Source: Candidatus Latescibacterota bacterium (GTDB taxonomy: Bacteria; Latescibacterota; UBA2968; UBA8231). Taken from it: 64,000 bases of DNA. The stretch covers positions 3,584,001 through 3,648,000 of the forward strand of contig OZ241362.1 in NCBI GenBank assembly GCA_965200315.1. Direction: 5' to 3'. Positions within the stretch are counted from its first letter, which is position 1. Each line of letters starts with the position of its first letter. Both the position numbers and the translations under genes were made by a program. The notes below the pieces were generated by a model that did no database searches, had not been told where the DNA came from, and saw nothing but the letters and a program-made list of their open reading frames with translations. Positions 38,088 to 48,558 of the stretch are shown here, in pieces.

Positions 38088-38255
38088 ATGCTCAGCCCTA
38101 CGCCGGCAGTCAAGTTCACCTATCTATGAGGATTATCAGCACACCCCGGATGACCGGCGCTACGAGTTATTGGCTGGATGGAGGTACTCTTGAGGTGGTG
38201 CCTGTACGGCGAAAGACTGACGATGGTCTCGCCGTTGAATCTAAACGAGATTTTT
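38088..38255 (+). pseudogene. Uma2-family endonuclease remnant
   Basis: MLSPTPAVKFTY, 4-bp duplication (ctat), then EDYQHTPDDRRYELL..DG; the core is deleted. Confidence 0.6.
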
Positions 38256-38328
38256 GGGGTGTGAGGAGGCATTCAAAAGAGTGCCGCCATGCACAGCATA
38301 TAGTGATCACCCTACAAAGGAGGAAATC

Positions 38329-40971
38329 ATGCCTAGCCCAAAATCATTACAACAGATCTGCCGCAATACTTTGCCGCTGATGTTGCAGCAGGCAAATGGG
38401 CAGGAAATGATGGCGGCGGTGCGAGATGTGGCACAAACCGATCGCTGGAATTCGTTTGACCGCTTCGGCGAAACGACCGCCACGCTAACTAGCCGCTACG
38501 AGGCCACTGGCGCACGCGTGGAGGTCGAATCCATCCAGACCGGAGGGCGGCTGGGGTCGGGCCGGTGGATCATCCGCGAGGCCGCCGATGTCGCGGGTGC
38601 GACCGTGGATGTGGTACATCCGCTCGCCGAGCGGGTGCTGGATTGGCAGGAGAATCCCTGGCACGTCATTCAGTGGAGCGCGGCGACCCCGGCGAGCGGC
38701 TTGCGGCTGCGGCTCGTGATTCTCGACCAAATCGAAGACATCCAACGCCAGCCAACCGACGGACTCACCAGTGCGATTGTGCTGACCAAGCTAGATCCGC
38801 GTGCCCACCTAGGTCTTTTGGCCGCCAAGGGGGCCGCCGCCGTCATCACCGACCGTTTGGTTCCCAATCTGCCCAAGGCAGTGGCGTGGACCAAATTCGG
38901 ATGGGGTGCCATTCCCCTCGAACATGCGGCGGCGCGGTTGGTGGGTTTTGTGATCTCTGAGCAACAAGGGAAGCGGTTGCGCCGGCTAGCGCAGCAGCGC
39001 GGCCCCCTAACCCTGCACGTAAGAGCCGACATCCGCAAATACGTCGGCAGTCACGACGTGGTCAGCGGCATCATCGAGGGAGCAGGCGATCCGCAGGACG
39101 AAGTGTGGGCCATCGCGCACAGCGCCGAGCCGGGGGCCATAGACAACGCTTCGGGCGTGGCCACCACCTTGGAGATCGCCCGCGTGATCGAAGGGCTTAT
39201 CCGGGCGGGCAAACTCGTGCGCCCCAAGCGCACCATTCGCCTGCTCAATGCCTATGAGTGCTACGGGTTCTTCGCCTATCTAGAGAGGGTGCGGCGCTTG
39301 CAGACCCCTTTGGCCGGCGTGTGTATCGACACAGTCGGCTCCCAGCCCGCCATCTGCGATGGCCGGCTGGAGTGGCACGCGACCATCCCCATGTCGTCAG
39401 GTTTTGTCGATCGAGTCGGTGCGGCTATCTTACGGGCCGGAGTGCGGCAACACAAGCCTCGCTATCGAGTGCATCTAGAGCGATTCATGTCGACGGCTGA
39501 CACCTTGATCGGCGATCCCCAGTACGGATTTCCCTGCCCTTGGATCACCACGCATCACCTCAAGAGCGGGCGCGGCTTCGACGCCTACCACTCCTCGGCC
39601 GATGTGGAAGCACTGCTCAGTCCGCGGGGGCTGGAGACCTGCGCGGCCTCAATGGCAGCCTATCTGTACTACTTGGCCGACATGGGCAGCCGCGAAGTGG
39701 GGGAGTTGGTCCGCACTGAGACCCAGCATTTTCTCTCCGTATTACAACAGAAAAAGCGACCCCGAGCCGAGGCCGAGTACGTGCGCGAGGCACACAGCCG
39801 CAGCGTGCGACGATTGGTGCGCTGGCTCTGGGGAGGCAGTCGGCGCGAGGTCTTGGAGGCCATGGACGAAAGCGAGCGGCAAGTGGCGACCGCCGCAGCC
39901 GAAACCGCGCTACCGGACAAGCGAGCGCGGCGCACGGCCCAAGCGCGGCTAGTGCCACGGCGCACGGCCGTGCTCTCACCGACCAGCGAAAACACGCCAG
40001 CCGCGGTCAATGCGCGCATCTCGGCTGCACAGCTACCGCCGTGGGCGCTGTTTTGGGCCGATGGACGCCGGAATTTAGGCGAAATCGCCGAGTGCATTGC
40101 CTGCGAGGAAGCCGACTATCCGGCCGGGCCGCGGACGGAAGGGCCCGTCGCTGTTGATCGGGTTCACAAGTACTTTGCAGCACACGCTGAATTGGGCTAT
40201 GCCGAGTTGACCGACCCGGCTAACATGCTCGGCCGCAGGGAACTAGTGAAGGATTTGCGCCGCTTGGGCGTCACCCCAGGCATGGATCTGATGGTCCACA
40301 GTTCCCTGTCGGCCATCGGCTCTGTCGAGGGCGGCGCTGAGACCGTCGTCGATGCGCTCTTGCAGGCGGTTGGCAAGCGCGGGACCCTGCTGGCACCTTC
40401 GTTCAATCACCGCACGGCGAAAGTCTTCAACCGGCTGACCACGCCCACCACCAACGGCACCATCCCGGACGCGCTGTGGCGGCGCACCAAAGCCGAGCGC
40501 AGCATGCATCCCACTCACGCGGTAGCGGCGATTGGTCCGCGGGCCAGCGATTATTGCCGAGGGCACCTCGAAGCCGGCATCTGGGCTCCAGATAGCCCGA
40601 TCGGCAAATTGGTACACAGCGGCGGCTACATTCTCGCGCTGGGCACGACGCACGATACGAGCACGGCCTACCACGTGGCCGAGATGTCCGTGCCCTGCGG
40701 CTGCATTGAATCCTTTGCAATTCCAGACCGCATCGTGCGCGACGACGGGACCGTGGACGAGGTCTTGGGGCTGGCCTTTCGCAGCGGCCCCTGCCCGGTT
40801 CCAACCCACAAGCTAGACTCCACCCTCGACCGGAGGAAGTTGCAGCGGCGGGGCAAGGTCGGGCAGGCCGAATGCGAATTGGTAAAGGCCCACGACCTGT
40901 GGCAGGTGCGGCGCGAACATCTGCGGCGCGTCTGTCCCACTTGCGCCGTCAAGCCCCAGACCGCACGGTGA
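38329..40971 (+). CDS. Fusion: M28/DUF4910-like peptidase domain plus AAC(3)-family N-acetyltransferase
   Basis: AHSAEPGAIDNASG, E, YHSSAD in the N-terminal part; LMVHSSLSAIG.VEGG, RSMHPTH, TAYHVAE in the C-terminal part. Confidence 0.8.
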   Translation: MPSPKSLQQICRNTLPLMLQQANGQEMMAAVRDVAQTDRWNSFDRFGETTATLTSRYEATGARVEVESIQTGGRLGSGRWIIREAADVAGATVDVVHPLAERVLDWQENPWHVIQWSAATPASGLRLRLVILDQIEDIQRQPTDGLTSAIVLTKLDPRAHLGLLAAKGAAAVITDRLVPNLPKAVAWTKFGWGAIPLEHAAARLVGFVISEQQGKRLRRLAQQRGPLTLHVRADIRKYVGSHDVVSGIIEGAGDPQDEVWAIAHSAEPGAIDNASGVATTLEIARVIEGLIRAGKLVRPKRTIRLLNAYECYGFFAYLERVRRLQTPLAGVCIDTVGSQPAICDGRLEWHATIPMSSGFVDRVGAAILRAGVRQHKPRYRVHLERFMSTADTLIGDPQYGFPCPWITTHHLKSGRGFDAYHSSADVEALLSPRGLETCAASMAAYLYYLADMGSREVGELVRTETQHFLSVLQQKKRPRAEAEYVREAHSRSVRRLVRWLWGGSRREVLEAMDESERQVATAAAETALPDKRARRTAQARLVPRRTAVLSPTSENTPAAVNARISAAQLPPWALFWADGRRNLGEIAECIACEEADYPAGPRTEGPVAVDRVHKYFAAHAELGYAELTDPANMLGRRELVKDLRRLGVTPGMDLMVHSSLSAIGSVEGGAETVVDALLQAVGKRGTLLAPSFNHRTAKVFNRLTTPTTNGTIPDALWRRTKAERSMHPTHAVAAIGPRASDYCRGHLEAGIWAPDSPIGKLVHSGGYILALGTTHDTSTAYHVAEMSVPCGCIESFAIPDRIVRDDGTVDEVLGLAFRSGPCPVPTHKLDSTLDRRKLQRRGKVGQAECELVKAHDLWQVRREHLRRVCPTCAVKPQTAR

Positions 40972-43130
40972 ACAGATCGCTCCCCTCTCCCTATGGCCGG
41001 CACCTCCAAGGTAGCCAAGACGACAAACTCACCGATGCCGCAGGCCGTTCGCATCTGACGCTGCGCGGCTTTTGGGTCGGCGCGTTCCTCAGCTTTTTTC
41101 TGTCCATTGGCGCGCCCTACGCCAACATGGCGATGCGGGCGACCAATATGGCCTTCGATTTCAATACTCCGGGGGCCATTTTTCTATTTTTGGTGCTGGT
41201 CGGCTTGCTCAATACGCTCTTCAAGCTCGCCGCCCGCGACTTCCGCCTAGCGGTGGGGCTGGCCCTGCTCGCCACGGGCGGCTTCTGCGGCTATTGGACC
41301 AGCCGCGGCATGGTCGATTGGTACTCGCCTGGCTTTTGGTTTGGGGCCTTCCTCGCCCTCTTTTCACTGTGGAACGTACCGGTGGTACAGCGCGGCGGTA
41401 CGCTCGCGCTCAACCGCGCCGAACTCGTGCTGGTGTACGCGATGTTGCTGGTCGTCTCCGCCCTCTGCACCATGGGGCTGACCCAGCAACTTTTGCCAGC
41501 TCTCACCGGCATTTTCTACTACGCCTCTCCAGCCAACCAATGGGCCGAAAAGCTCTTTCCGCTCTTTCCCTCGCGGCGCATCCTCGTCGATGATGGCACC
41601 GGCAACCGCGGCTTTTACGAGGGCGGCGCGCTCGCCGACATTCCCTACGCCACTTGGGTCGAGCCCCTGTGCTGGTGGGCACTGCTACTCCTCTCGCTGT
41701 ACGTGGCTATGGTATCGACGGCCGTGATCTTGCGCCGACAGTGGGTCGAGCACGAGCGGCTGGCCTATCCGCTGACCCAGCTCGGGGTGGCCATCGTGCA
41801 AGGCGAACGCGGCACCGGGCTGTTCAACGGCTTTCTCAAGCACGGTATCCTGTGGTGGGGCGCAGCCTTGCCGCTCGCGTACGGCAGCCTCAAGGCTCTG
41901 CACCAATACTACCCGTCCTTGCCCGGCTTCGGCCTGATTTGGTTTCTGCCGTTTATCGGCCAGCAAAACCTGCAAATCTGGATCAGCTTCGCGCTCGTCG
42001 GCTTTTCCTATCTCATTAGCACTCAAATAGCGGCCGGCATCTGGATCTTCTATCTGCTCTCCAAAGTAGAAGCCGAATTCCTCGCCCTATCTGGCCTCAA
42101 ATCCACTAGCAAATTCGTCTATGGGGTCTCGTACGAGCCGCTCTTGGCCTATCAGGGCGGCGGCGCGCTCATCGCCATGGTGCTCTTGGGGCTGTGGACG
42201 GGGCGCGTCCACTTGGGGAACGTATGGCGCAAGGCCCTCGACCGCCATGCTAACATCGACGACAGCGATGAAATCACGTCCTATCGAGCGGCCGTGATCG
42301 GAGTACTCTTCGGCACCGGAGGCATCGTCGGCTGGCTGTGGCTGATGGGCACCCCGCTTTGGGTCGGCGCACTCTTTGCGGTGGTGGCCCTGTTGGTGTT
42401 TATCGGCATCTCGCGGGTCGTGTGCGAGGCGGGCCTAGCAGCCATCCGCTCGCCCATGATCGCCCCAGACCTCATCGTGCAGGGCATTGGCTCACAGACG
42501 ATCGGTGCCGCTGGCGTTTTCAACCTCTCCTTTGCCTATATCTGGTCGGCCGACATTCGCATCTTCCTGCTGGCCATGGTCGCCAATGGCTTGAAGCTGA
42601 TCCAAAACATGGACCGCCGCAGTCGGCGAGTCGTCTTCTGGGCGCTGGTGGCGGCCATCTTCATCGGCGTGACGGGCTCCTGCTGGATGGTCTTCCACCT
42701 CGCCTACAAGTACGGGGGCATCAACCTCGATGGCTGGCGTTTTCACGGCGGCCCATCGACCATCTACAACGCGGCGCGACGCGCACTAGAACCAGCCGGA
42801 GCCGACTGGTTGGGCTTGGGGTTTTTCGCTGGTGGAGCCGTGGTCATGGTCCTTTTGACTTGGGCGCGGCATCACGTCTTGTGGTGGCCCTTCCATCCAA
42901 TCGGATTCCCGATTGGCGCAAACTTCATGCTCGACAAAATCTGGGCTTGCGTACTCTTGGCTTGGGTACTGAAGAAGCTGATCTTGCGTTTTGGCGGAGC
43001 GGCGCACTATCGGACGAGCCAGCATTTCTTCATGGGTATGATTATGGGCGAGGCCCTGTGCAACGGGCTGTGGCTGGTCATCGACTACTTCACCGGCAGG
43101 GTCGGCAACGCCGTCTTCATTCTGGGGTAA
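40968..43130 (+). CDS. Large polytopic membrane protein (DUF6785/DUF6784-like, putative peptide transporter)
   Basis: LNRAELVLVY, RRQWVEHERLAYPL, WWPFHPIG, FFMGMIMGE; many TM segments; GTGA coupling. Confidence 0.7.
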   Translation: MNRSLPSPYGRHLQGSQDDKLTDAAGRSHLTLRGFWVGAFLSFFLSIGAPYANMAMRATNMAFDFNTPGAIFLFLVLVGLLNTLFKLAARDFRLAVGLALLATGGFCGYWTSRGMVDWYSPGFWFGAFLALFSLWNVPVVQRGGTLALNRAELVLVYAMLLVVSALCTMGLTQQLLPALTGIFYYASPANQWAEKLFPLFPSRRILVDDGTGNRGFYEGGALADIPYATWVEPLCWWALLLLSLYVAMVSTAVILRRQWVEHERLAYPLTQLGVAIVQGERGTGLFNGFLKHGILWWGAALPLAYGSLKALHQYYPSLPGFGLIWFLPFIGQQNLQIWISFALVGFSYLISTQIAAGIWIFYLLSKVEAEFLALSGLKSTSKFVYGVSYEPLLAYQGGGALIAMVLLGLWTGRVHLGNVWRKALDRHANIDDSDEITSYRAAVIGVLFGTGGIVGWLWLMGTPLWVGALFAVVALLVFIGISRVVCEAGLAAIRSPMIAPDLIVQGIGSQTIGAAGVFNLSFAYIWSADIRIFLLAMVANGLKLIQNMDRRSRRVVFWALVAAIFIGVTGSCWMVFHLAYKYGGINLDGWRFHGGPSTIYNAARRALEPAGADWLGLGFFAGGAVVMVLLTWARHHVLWWPFHPIGFPIGANFMLDKIWACVLLAWVLKKLILRFGGAAHYRTSQHFFMGMIMGEALCNGLWLVIDYFTGRVGNAVFILG

Positions 43131-43238
43131 TCCCATATTCCTTGACAGCCCTGTGCTAGTGGAACTACCAGCGCCAGTTCTGCGATTGACCCCGCATTCC
43201 TTGACATCGCGGGAGGGTGGGCCTATCTCTTTTGCGCT

Positions 43239-44528
43239 ATGAATCGACTTATCTTTTGTCTTGCCGCAGCGCTCGTCGCCTGCGTTGGTCCCTTCGCCGG
43301 CAAGAAGGTTCCGCCTTGGCTTGCGCCTCCTCCCGTGCTCAAAGCGACTTTCTCCAGCGAGGAGGCCGCCGCGCATCTGGTATGGCCCCCAGTGTCTTCA
43401 GCGAGCTTTCTCTACGGCGAAATCCAGCGCACCCTAGGAGGCGAGTTCGCGACCATAGCGCGTGTGGAATCCGCAACCGACACCACCTTTACAGACGTCG
43501 GCTTGTTGGCCAACAAGCAGTATAGCTACCGAGTCGTCAGCTTATTCGGCGCAGACGAAACCGCACACGAGTTGGTCAGCACGACGGTCGCGGGCGGGTT
43601 CCATCACCGCATCGCAAGCTGGTCCTTAGACAAGGGCACGGCCCCTACGCGACTGGCCATCAGCCGCAACGGCACGGTCTTTGTCGCCGGCGCGGGCACG
43701 GGGCGCATCGACCGTTTTGACCGCACGGGCCACGCTTTGGACTCATGGGTCTATGCCACGGAGCCGCTGGCCCGTATGGAAACGAGTGCGCTGGACGGGC
43801 CGGCCCTCGCCCTCGACAGCGAAGATCATCTCTACGTGGTGTACAACCTGCATCGCCCGGGCCAGAAGCCAGAGGCCTTTTGGGCGAAATTCGCCCCAGA
43901 CGGTCGGCTGTTGTGGACGCGCCCACTCGCCGGGCTGTTCGCCCGCCACATCGTCATCGACGGCGATGCCATCTACATCGAAAGCATCAGCCAATTGCAG
44001 CTATTCGACCACGCCGGCGAACAGCAAATTCAGTACGCCATCCCGGCCTTGTTGGTGGCTAGTCTGCGGCTTTGGCAAGGGCGCTTTGCCGCGCTGATCG
44101 AGCCGTTAGCCCTGCGCACCGACGACTGGCAGGCACCTCGGCTAGTCGTGTACGACGACCCACAGCGCGCCGCGGCCAGTCGCGTCATCGGCCGCGATCC
44201 CAAATCGCATCAGGACCGCGGCAACGGGCTTTTGCTGCGGCCCACTGACTTTGCCGTCGATGAAGCGGCCGACCGGGCTTTCGTGGTCAATGCCGGCCAC
44301 AGCCGCATCGAGGTATTCCAGCGAGGGCACTACCTGACGCACTGGGGAGAAAAGGGCGAAGAGGACGATCAGTTCCGCTTCACAGGCCGCCTCCAAGTTG
44401 TCGTCGATATAGCTACTGGCGAGGCGGCCGAGCGCGAAGTGGTGGCCGGCGGCATCGCCCGCGACGCCGAAGGGTTCATTTACGTGGCCGATACCTTCAA
44501 CGATCGAATTAAGAAGTTCCAACCATGA
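43239..44528 (+). CDS. Secreted FN3 + NHL/beta-propeller protein
   Basis: Signal/lipobox (LVAC), FTDVGL..YSYRV, GIARD..IYVADTFNDRIKKF. Confidence 0.7.
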   Translation: MNRLIFCLAAALVACVGPFAGKKVPPWLAPPPVLKATFSSEEAAAHLVWPPVSSASFLYGEIQRTLGGEFATIARVESATDTTFTDVGLLANKQYSYRVVSLFGADETAHELVSTTVAGGFHHRIASWSLDKGTAPTRLAISRNGTVFVAGAGTGRIDRFDRTGHALDSWVYATEPLARMETSALDGPALALDSEDHLYVVYNLHRPGQKPEAFWAKFAPDGRLLWTRPLAGLFARHIVIDGDAIYIESISQLQLFDHAGEQQIQYAIPALLVASLRLWQGRFAALIEPLALRTDDWQAPRLVVYDDPQRAAASRVIGRDPKSHQDRGNGLLLRPTDFAVDEAADRAFVVNAGHSRIEVFQRGHYLTHWGEKGEEDDQFRFTGRLQVVVDIATGEAAEREVVAGGIARDAEGFIYVADTFNDRIKKFQP

Positions 44529-45460
44529 AGGCCGTGCTCGCGTTTCTATTGCTGGCCTTGCCGTGTAGCGAGGTCCAAGCCCAGCGCCAAGACAAGCGGG
44601 CGTACAACCTCTGGGCTAAGGAGAAGATCCGCTATCTCAACTCCAAGGTCACCCTCAACCCTTACAACCCGCAACTGCGCGTCCTCCTCGCCAACGCATA
44701 TTTTGACGACGGGCAAAAGTACGAAGCCAAAAGGCTGTTGCTTGGGGCATTGGAGCTCGACCCCGACTACGCCGAGGCGCATTGCAATCTCGCAGTCATG
44801 CTCCACGGCCAAGGATACGACCGCGAGGCCAAGCACCACTACGAAGAAGCCCTGCGGCTGGATTCGCTGATGGTCGAAGCCATGGCCGGACTAGGGACCT
44901 TGCTCTGCCGCACCGAGCGCCAAGCCGAGGGCTTTGAATACCTCGAAAAAGTCATCGCGGTCCAGCCCGATCACGTCAACGCTCGCTTCAACATGGCCGT
45001 GGCGTATCACAAGGTCGGCGACTTTAAAAAATCCATCGAACACCTAGAGACCTTGCTGAGGGTCGATTTCAATTATCGCGGTGCGCGCCGCGCGCTGGCC
45101 CGCGCTTATTACAGCCTCGGAATTTTGCGACTGCAAGCCCAACAGTCCGAGTTGGCACTCCCCGTGCTGACCAAGGCCGTCGAGTACGAGCAAGACAACG
45201 AAAGCATGTTCTTTGCCAAGGGCCTCGCCCACCTCAACAGCGGCGACTTCGCCGGAGCCGAAGCGGCCTTCAAGCAGGTCATCGCATTGTCCGGCGATCA
45301 CATCCCCGCCCTGCACAACCTCGGCGTGATCTGCGAAAAAACCGAGCGATATGCAGAAGCCGTCCAATACTACGGCAAAGTCCAGCAGCTAGCCCCGCAT
45401 CTGGCGACGATCGATGCGGTTAAACACGCCTCGTACGACGTGAATTACCTGACCGAATGA
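44525..45460 (+). CDS. Secreted TPR protein
   Basis: Signal peptide; repeated AHCNLA, ARFNMA, ALHNLG TPR motifs. Confidence 0.85.
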   Translation: MKAVLAFLLLALPCSEVQAQRQDKRAYNLWAKEKIRYLNSKVTLNPYNPQLRVLLANAYFDDGQKYEAKRLLLGALELDPDYAEAHCNLAVMLHGQGYDREAKHHYEEALRLDSLMVEAMAGLGTLLCRTERQAEGFEYLEKVIAVQPDHVNARFNMAVAYHKVGDFKKSIEHLETLLRVDFNYRGARRALARAYYSLGILRLQAQQSELALPVLTKAVEYEQDNESMFFAKGLAHLNSGDFAGAEAAFKQVIALSGDHIPALHNLGVICEKTERYAEAVQYYGKVQQLAPHLATIDAVKHASYDVNYLTE

Positions 45461-45583
45461 GTTTGACTTTTGTTTAGCTAACGCGTACTATTTGAACTTT
45501 TTGCGAGTCGCTTTAGCGGCTGTTTTTTTTCGTGTGTGGCGCGAAAAACCACACCACCATCCCCTCTCCTTTAGGCGAGAGCA

Positions 45584-45802
45584 ATGGCCAAAGAAGAAGC
45601 AATCGAAGTCCAAGCAGTGGTCAAAGAGGCCCTGCCCAACGGCTACTTCAAGTGCGAAATGGAAAATAGCCACGAGATTATGGCCCATGTCTCCGGCAAG
45701 ATGCGCAAATACTACATTCGCGTACTGCCGGGCGACCAAGTCACTGTGGCCCTTTCGCCCTATGATTTGAGCCGCGGACGCATCACGTTCCGCAACCGCT
45801 GA
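45584..45802 (+). CDS. infA: Translation initiation factor IF-1
   Basis: [29 protein letters not shown]. Confidence 0.97.
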   Translation: MAKEEAIEVQAVVKEALPNGYFKCEMENSHEIMAHVSGKMRKYYIRVLPGDQVTVALSPYDLSRGRITFRNR

Positions 45803-45860
45803 GACGCCGCACGATCACCCAAGCGCCGTCTCGACGAGCCTCACACCCGACGAAGGTCAC

Positions 45861-47435
45861 ATGGAGAGGAACCAGACCAGTACGCATCGGGCTTGGCCCT
45901 TCCAAGAGGCGGCACAGATCGTCAAGCAGCGCCAGCCCAGCGGAGATCGCCCGGTACTATTCGAGACCGGCTTTGGCCCCAGCGGGTTTCCCCATCTAGG
46001 CCACTTTTCAGAAGGCATCCGCACCTCTTGGGTGCGCAACGCCTGCGAATACCTCTACGGATTAAAGACCCGCCTACTCTGTTTCAGCGACGACATGGAC
46101 GCCCTGCGCAAGGTGCCTAGCAACTTTCCGCAGCCCGACATGCTCGCCGCCCACCTCGGCAAACCCGTACACGCCATCCCCGATCCTTTTGGTTGCTGGA
46201 CGAGTTTTGGCGACCACATGAACGCCAAGCTGTGCGAGTTTTTCGACGCGTCCGGCTTCGACTACGAGTTTCAAAGCTCACGCGAAGCCTACGTGCGCGG
46301 CGACTTCGACGAAGGGCTGTCGATTCTCCTAGCCAAAGCCGAGGAGGTCCGCCAGATTATCGTGCCGACGCTGCGGGAACAAAATCGCCAGCACTGGTCG
46401 CCCTTCTTTCCGATTTGTCCCAACTGTGGCTCGATCATGGCCACGCGCGTCACCGCCTATCACCCCAGCCGGGGCACCGTGAGCTTCACTTGCGACCTCG
46501 ACCCCGGCCACTACGCTGGGTGTGGCGCAAGCGGCGAACAGTCGGTGCTCGGCGGCAACGCCAAAGTGGGCTGGAAAGTCGATTGGGCACTGCGCTGGTA
46601 CACCTACGAGGTCGATTACGAAATGTATGGCAAAGACCTCGTCGACTCCGTGCGCCAGTCCTCTCGCATCGTGCGCCTGATGGGCAAGCAGCCGCCGGTC
46701 GGCTTGTGCTACGAGTTTTTTCTCGACGAGGAAGGGCGCAAGGTGGCAAGCAGCACCGGCCGCATGGGAGTGACAGTAGATGCGTGGAAGAAGTACGCAC
46801 CGATAGAATCTCTGCTCTTTTTCCTGTTCCAAAATCCTAAGCGGGCCAAGCGGCTGCACTGGGATATAGTGCCCAAGTGCGTTGATGACTATCTCGATGC
46901 GCTGCGGTGCTATCCCGAGGTAGCAGAAGCAGAGCGCCCCGAACAGGCCCTGTGGCACATTGGCGACCGCGGTAAAGACGTGCCCGAGTACGCATCTCGG
47001 GTCAACTTCTCGACGGTAAATAACCTGATCGCAGCCCTAGGCGTGGATTCGGTCGAAGTGTTGAAGGAATATCTGGCGCGCTACGACGCCCAAGCTGCTA
47101 CTTATCCGCAGGTGACGCAGGCGTTGGTGGAAAAGGGGCTCAACTACTACCGAGACGTGGTGCTGCCGAACAAGCAATTTCGCCCGCCTACGGACGAGGA
47201 ACGGGCGCTTCTAGGCCAGTTGGCCGAGCGGCTTAGCGCGGCCAATGGGGCCACCGAAGAGGAGTTGCAGGCCATTCCATTCGACTTGGCCCGCGAGGCC
47301 GAAATCCTCCCCAAGGAGTTGTTTCGGATGTTTTACGAAGTGGTGCTCGGGCAGGAGCGAGGGCCGCGATTTGGGTCGCTTGTGCAGTTAGTGGGAAAGG
47401 AACAGGTGGTGAACATGATGAGGGAAAAGGCATAG
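45861..47435 (+). CDS. lysS: Class I lysyl-tRNA synthetase
   Basis: FETGFGPSGFPHLG, SDDMDALRKVP, WKVDWALRW, YEMYGKDL, GQERGPRFG. Confidence 0.92.
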   Translation: MERNQTSTHRAWPFQEAAQIVKQRQPSGDRPVLFETGFGPSGFPHLGHFSEGIRTSWVRNACEYLYGLKTRLLCFSDDMDALRKVPSNFPQPDMLAAHLGKPVHAIPDPFGCWTSFGDHMNAKLCEFFDASGFDYEFQSSREAYVRGDFDEGLSILLAKAEEVRQIIVPTLREQNRQHWSPFFPICPNCGSIMATRVTAYHPSRGTVSFTCDLDPGHYAGCGASGEQSVLGGNAKVGWKVDWALRWYTYEVDYEMYGKDLVDSVRQSSRIVRLMGKQPPVGLCYEFFLDEEGRKVASSTGRMGVTVDAWKKYAPIESLLFFLFQNPKRAKRLHWDIVPKCVDDYLDALRCYPEVAEAERPEQALWHIGDRGKDVPEYASRVNFSTVNNLIAALGVDSVEVLKEYLARYDAQAATYPQVTQALVEKGLNYYRDVVLPNKQFRPPTDEERALLGQLAERLSAANGATEEELQAIPFDLAREAEILPKELFRMFYEVVLGQERGPRFGSLVQLVGKEQVVNMMREKA

Positions 47436-47506
47436 CGCATACAGAATTTTTGCCGATAATTGCGAGGGTGCGGCAGGTCCGCGCCCTCTTTTTTATGGAG
47501 TAAATC

Positions 47507-48442
47507 GTGGCAGAACAACAAGACCTTTTTTCAGAAATCATGCCGCCGCCCCAGCCTCGGCACGTCGAGCGGATGCAGCAGGTGCAGGAGGGGCTACCCG
47601 CGCAGCTTTTTTTGGGGACGACGAGTTGGTCGAATGAGGATTGGGAAGGGCTAATCTATCCAGAGGGCTGCGCCGCGGCCGACTACATTGAGCACTATGC
47701 CAAGGTCTTCAGGAGTGTGGAGATCGACTCGACTTGGTACCGAGTGCCAACGCCAAAAACAATAGAAGGATGGCGGCGGCGGACGCCTCTGCACTTTCGC
47801 TTTACCGCCAAAATTCCCCGAGTGATCAGCCACGAAAAAATGCTCGTGGACTGCATGGGGGAAATGGAGGAATTCCTCGACGCGATGGCCCCACTCGGCG
47901 AGCGGTTGGGACCGCTGCTGATGCAGTTTCCATACATTGCGCGGGGACAGGACGCGCACGAAAACGAGTACGGCAGCGCGTTCACCGAGCGCCTAGCGGA
48001 GTTTTTGCCGCAGCTACCTACGGGCGAGTTCCACTTTGCGGTAGAGGTGCGCAACGGGAGTTGGCTGCGGGCGGAACTGTTAGACCTGCTGCGCGCCCAC
48101 GGAGTGGCGCTGGCGCTGAACAACTACTACACCATGCCCAGCTTAGCGGAGACCCTCAACCGCGCCAATCCTGTAACGGCCGACTTCCTCTATGTCCGCT
48201 TTTTAGGCGACCGCAAAAAGATGGACGCCTATGTCGAAGAGCGGATTCGCCGCGGCGAGCAGGAGCGGCATTGGGACCGCCTCGTCTGGGACCGCGCCGC
48301 CGAGACCCAGCAGTGGGCGCAGCAGGTGCGAGAGCTAGCGGAGGCCGCGCCGGAACAGCCCGCGTACGTGTTTTTCAACAATCACTACGCTGGGTACGCG
48401 CCCGGTTCACTAGGCCTTTTTGCTCAGGCGTGGAGGGGGTGA
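47507..48442 (+). CDS. DUF72 domain protein
   Basis: GTTSWS, VEIDSTWY, AVEVRN, YVRFLG, FFNNHYAGYAP. Confidence 0.88.
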   Translation: MAEQQDLFSEIMPPPQPRHVERMQQVQEGLPAQLFLGTTSWSNEDWEGLIYPEGCAAADYIEHYAKVFRSVEIDSTWYRVPTPKTIEGWRRRTPLHFRFTAKIPRVISHEKMLVDCMGEMEEFLDAMAPLGERLGPLLMQFPYIARGQDAHENEYGSAFTERLAEFLPQLPTGEFHFAVEVRNGSWLRAELLDLLRAHGVALALNNYYTMPSLAETLNRANPVTADFLYVRFLGDRKKMDAYVEERIRRGEQERHWDRLVWDRAAETQQWAQQVRELAEAAPEQPAYVFFNNHYAGYAPGSLGLFAQAWRG

Positions 48443-48558
48443 CATGTCCTGTTCACTTGATTGACCTAGACGCCCTGCACGAATGAATTATAGTACTTGA
48501 AGCTTGTGTCTGAAATAAGAGGAGAAACTCAAACCAATCAACGCAAAGGACGATAGAC

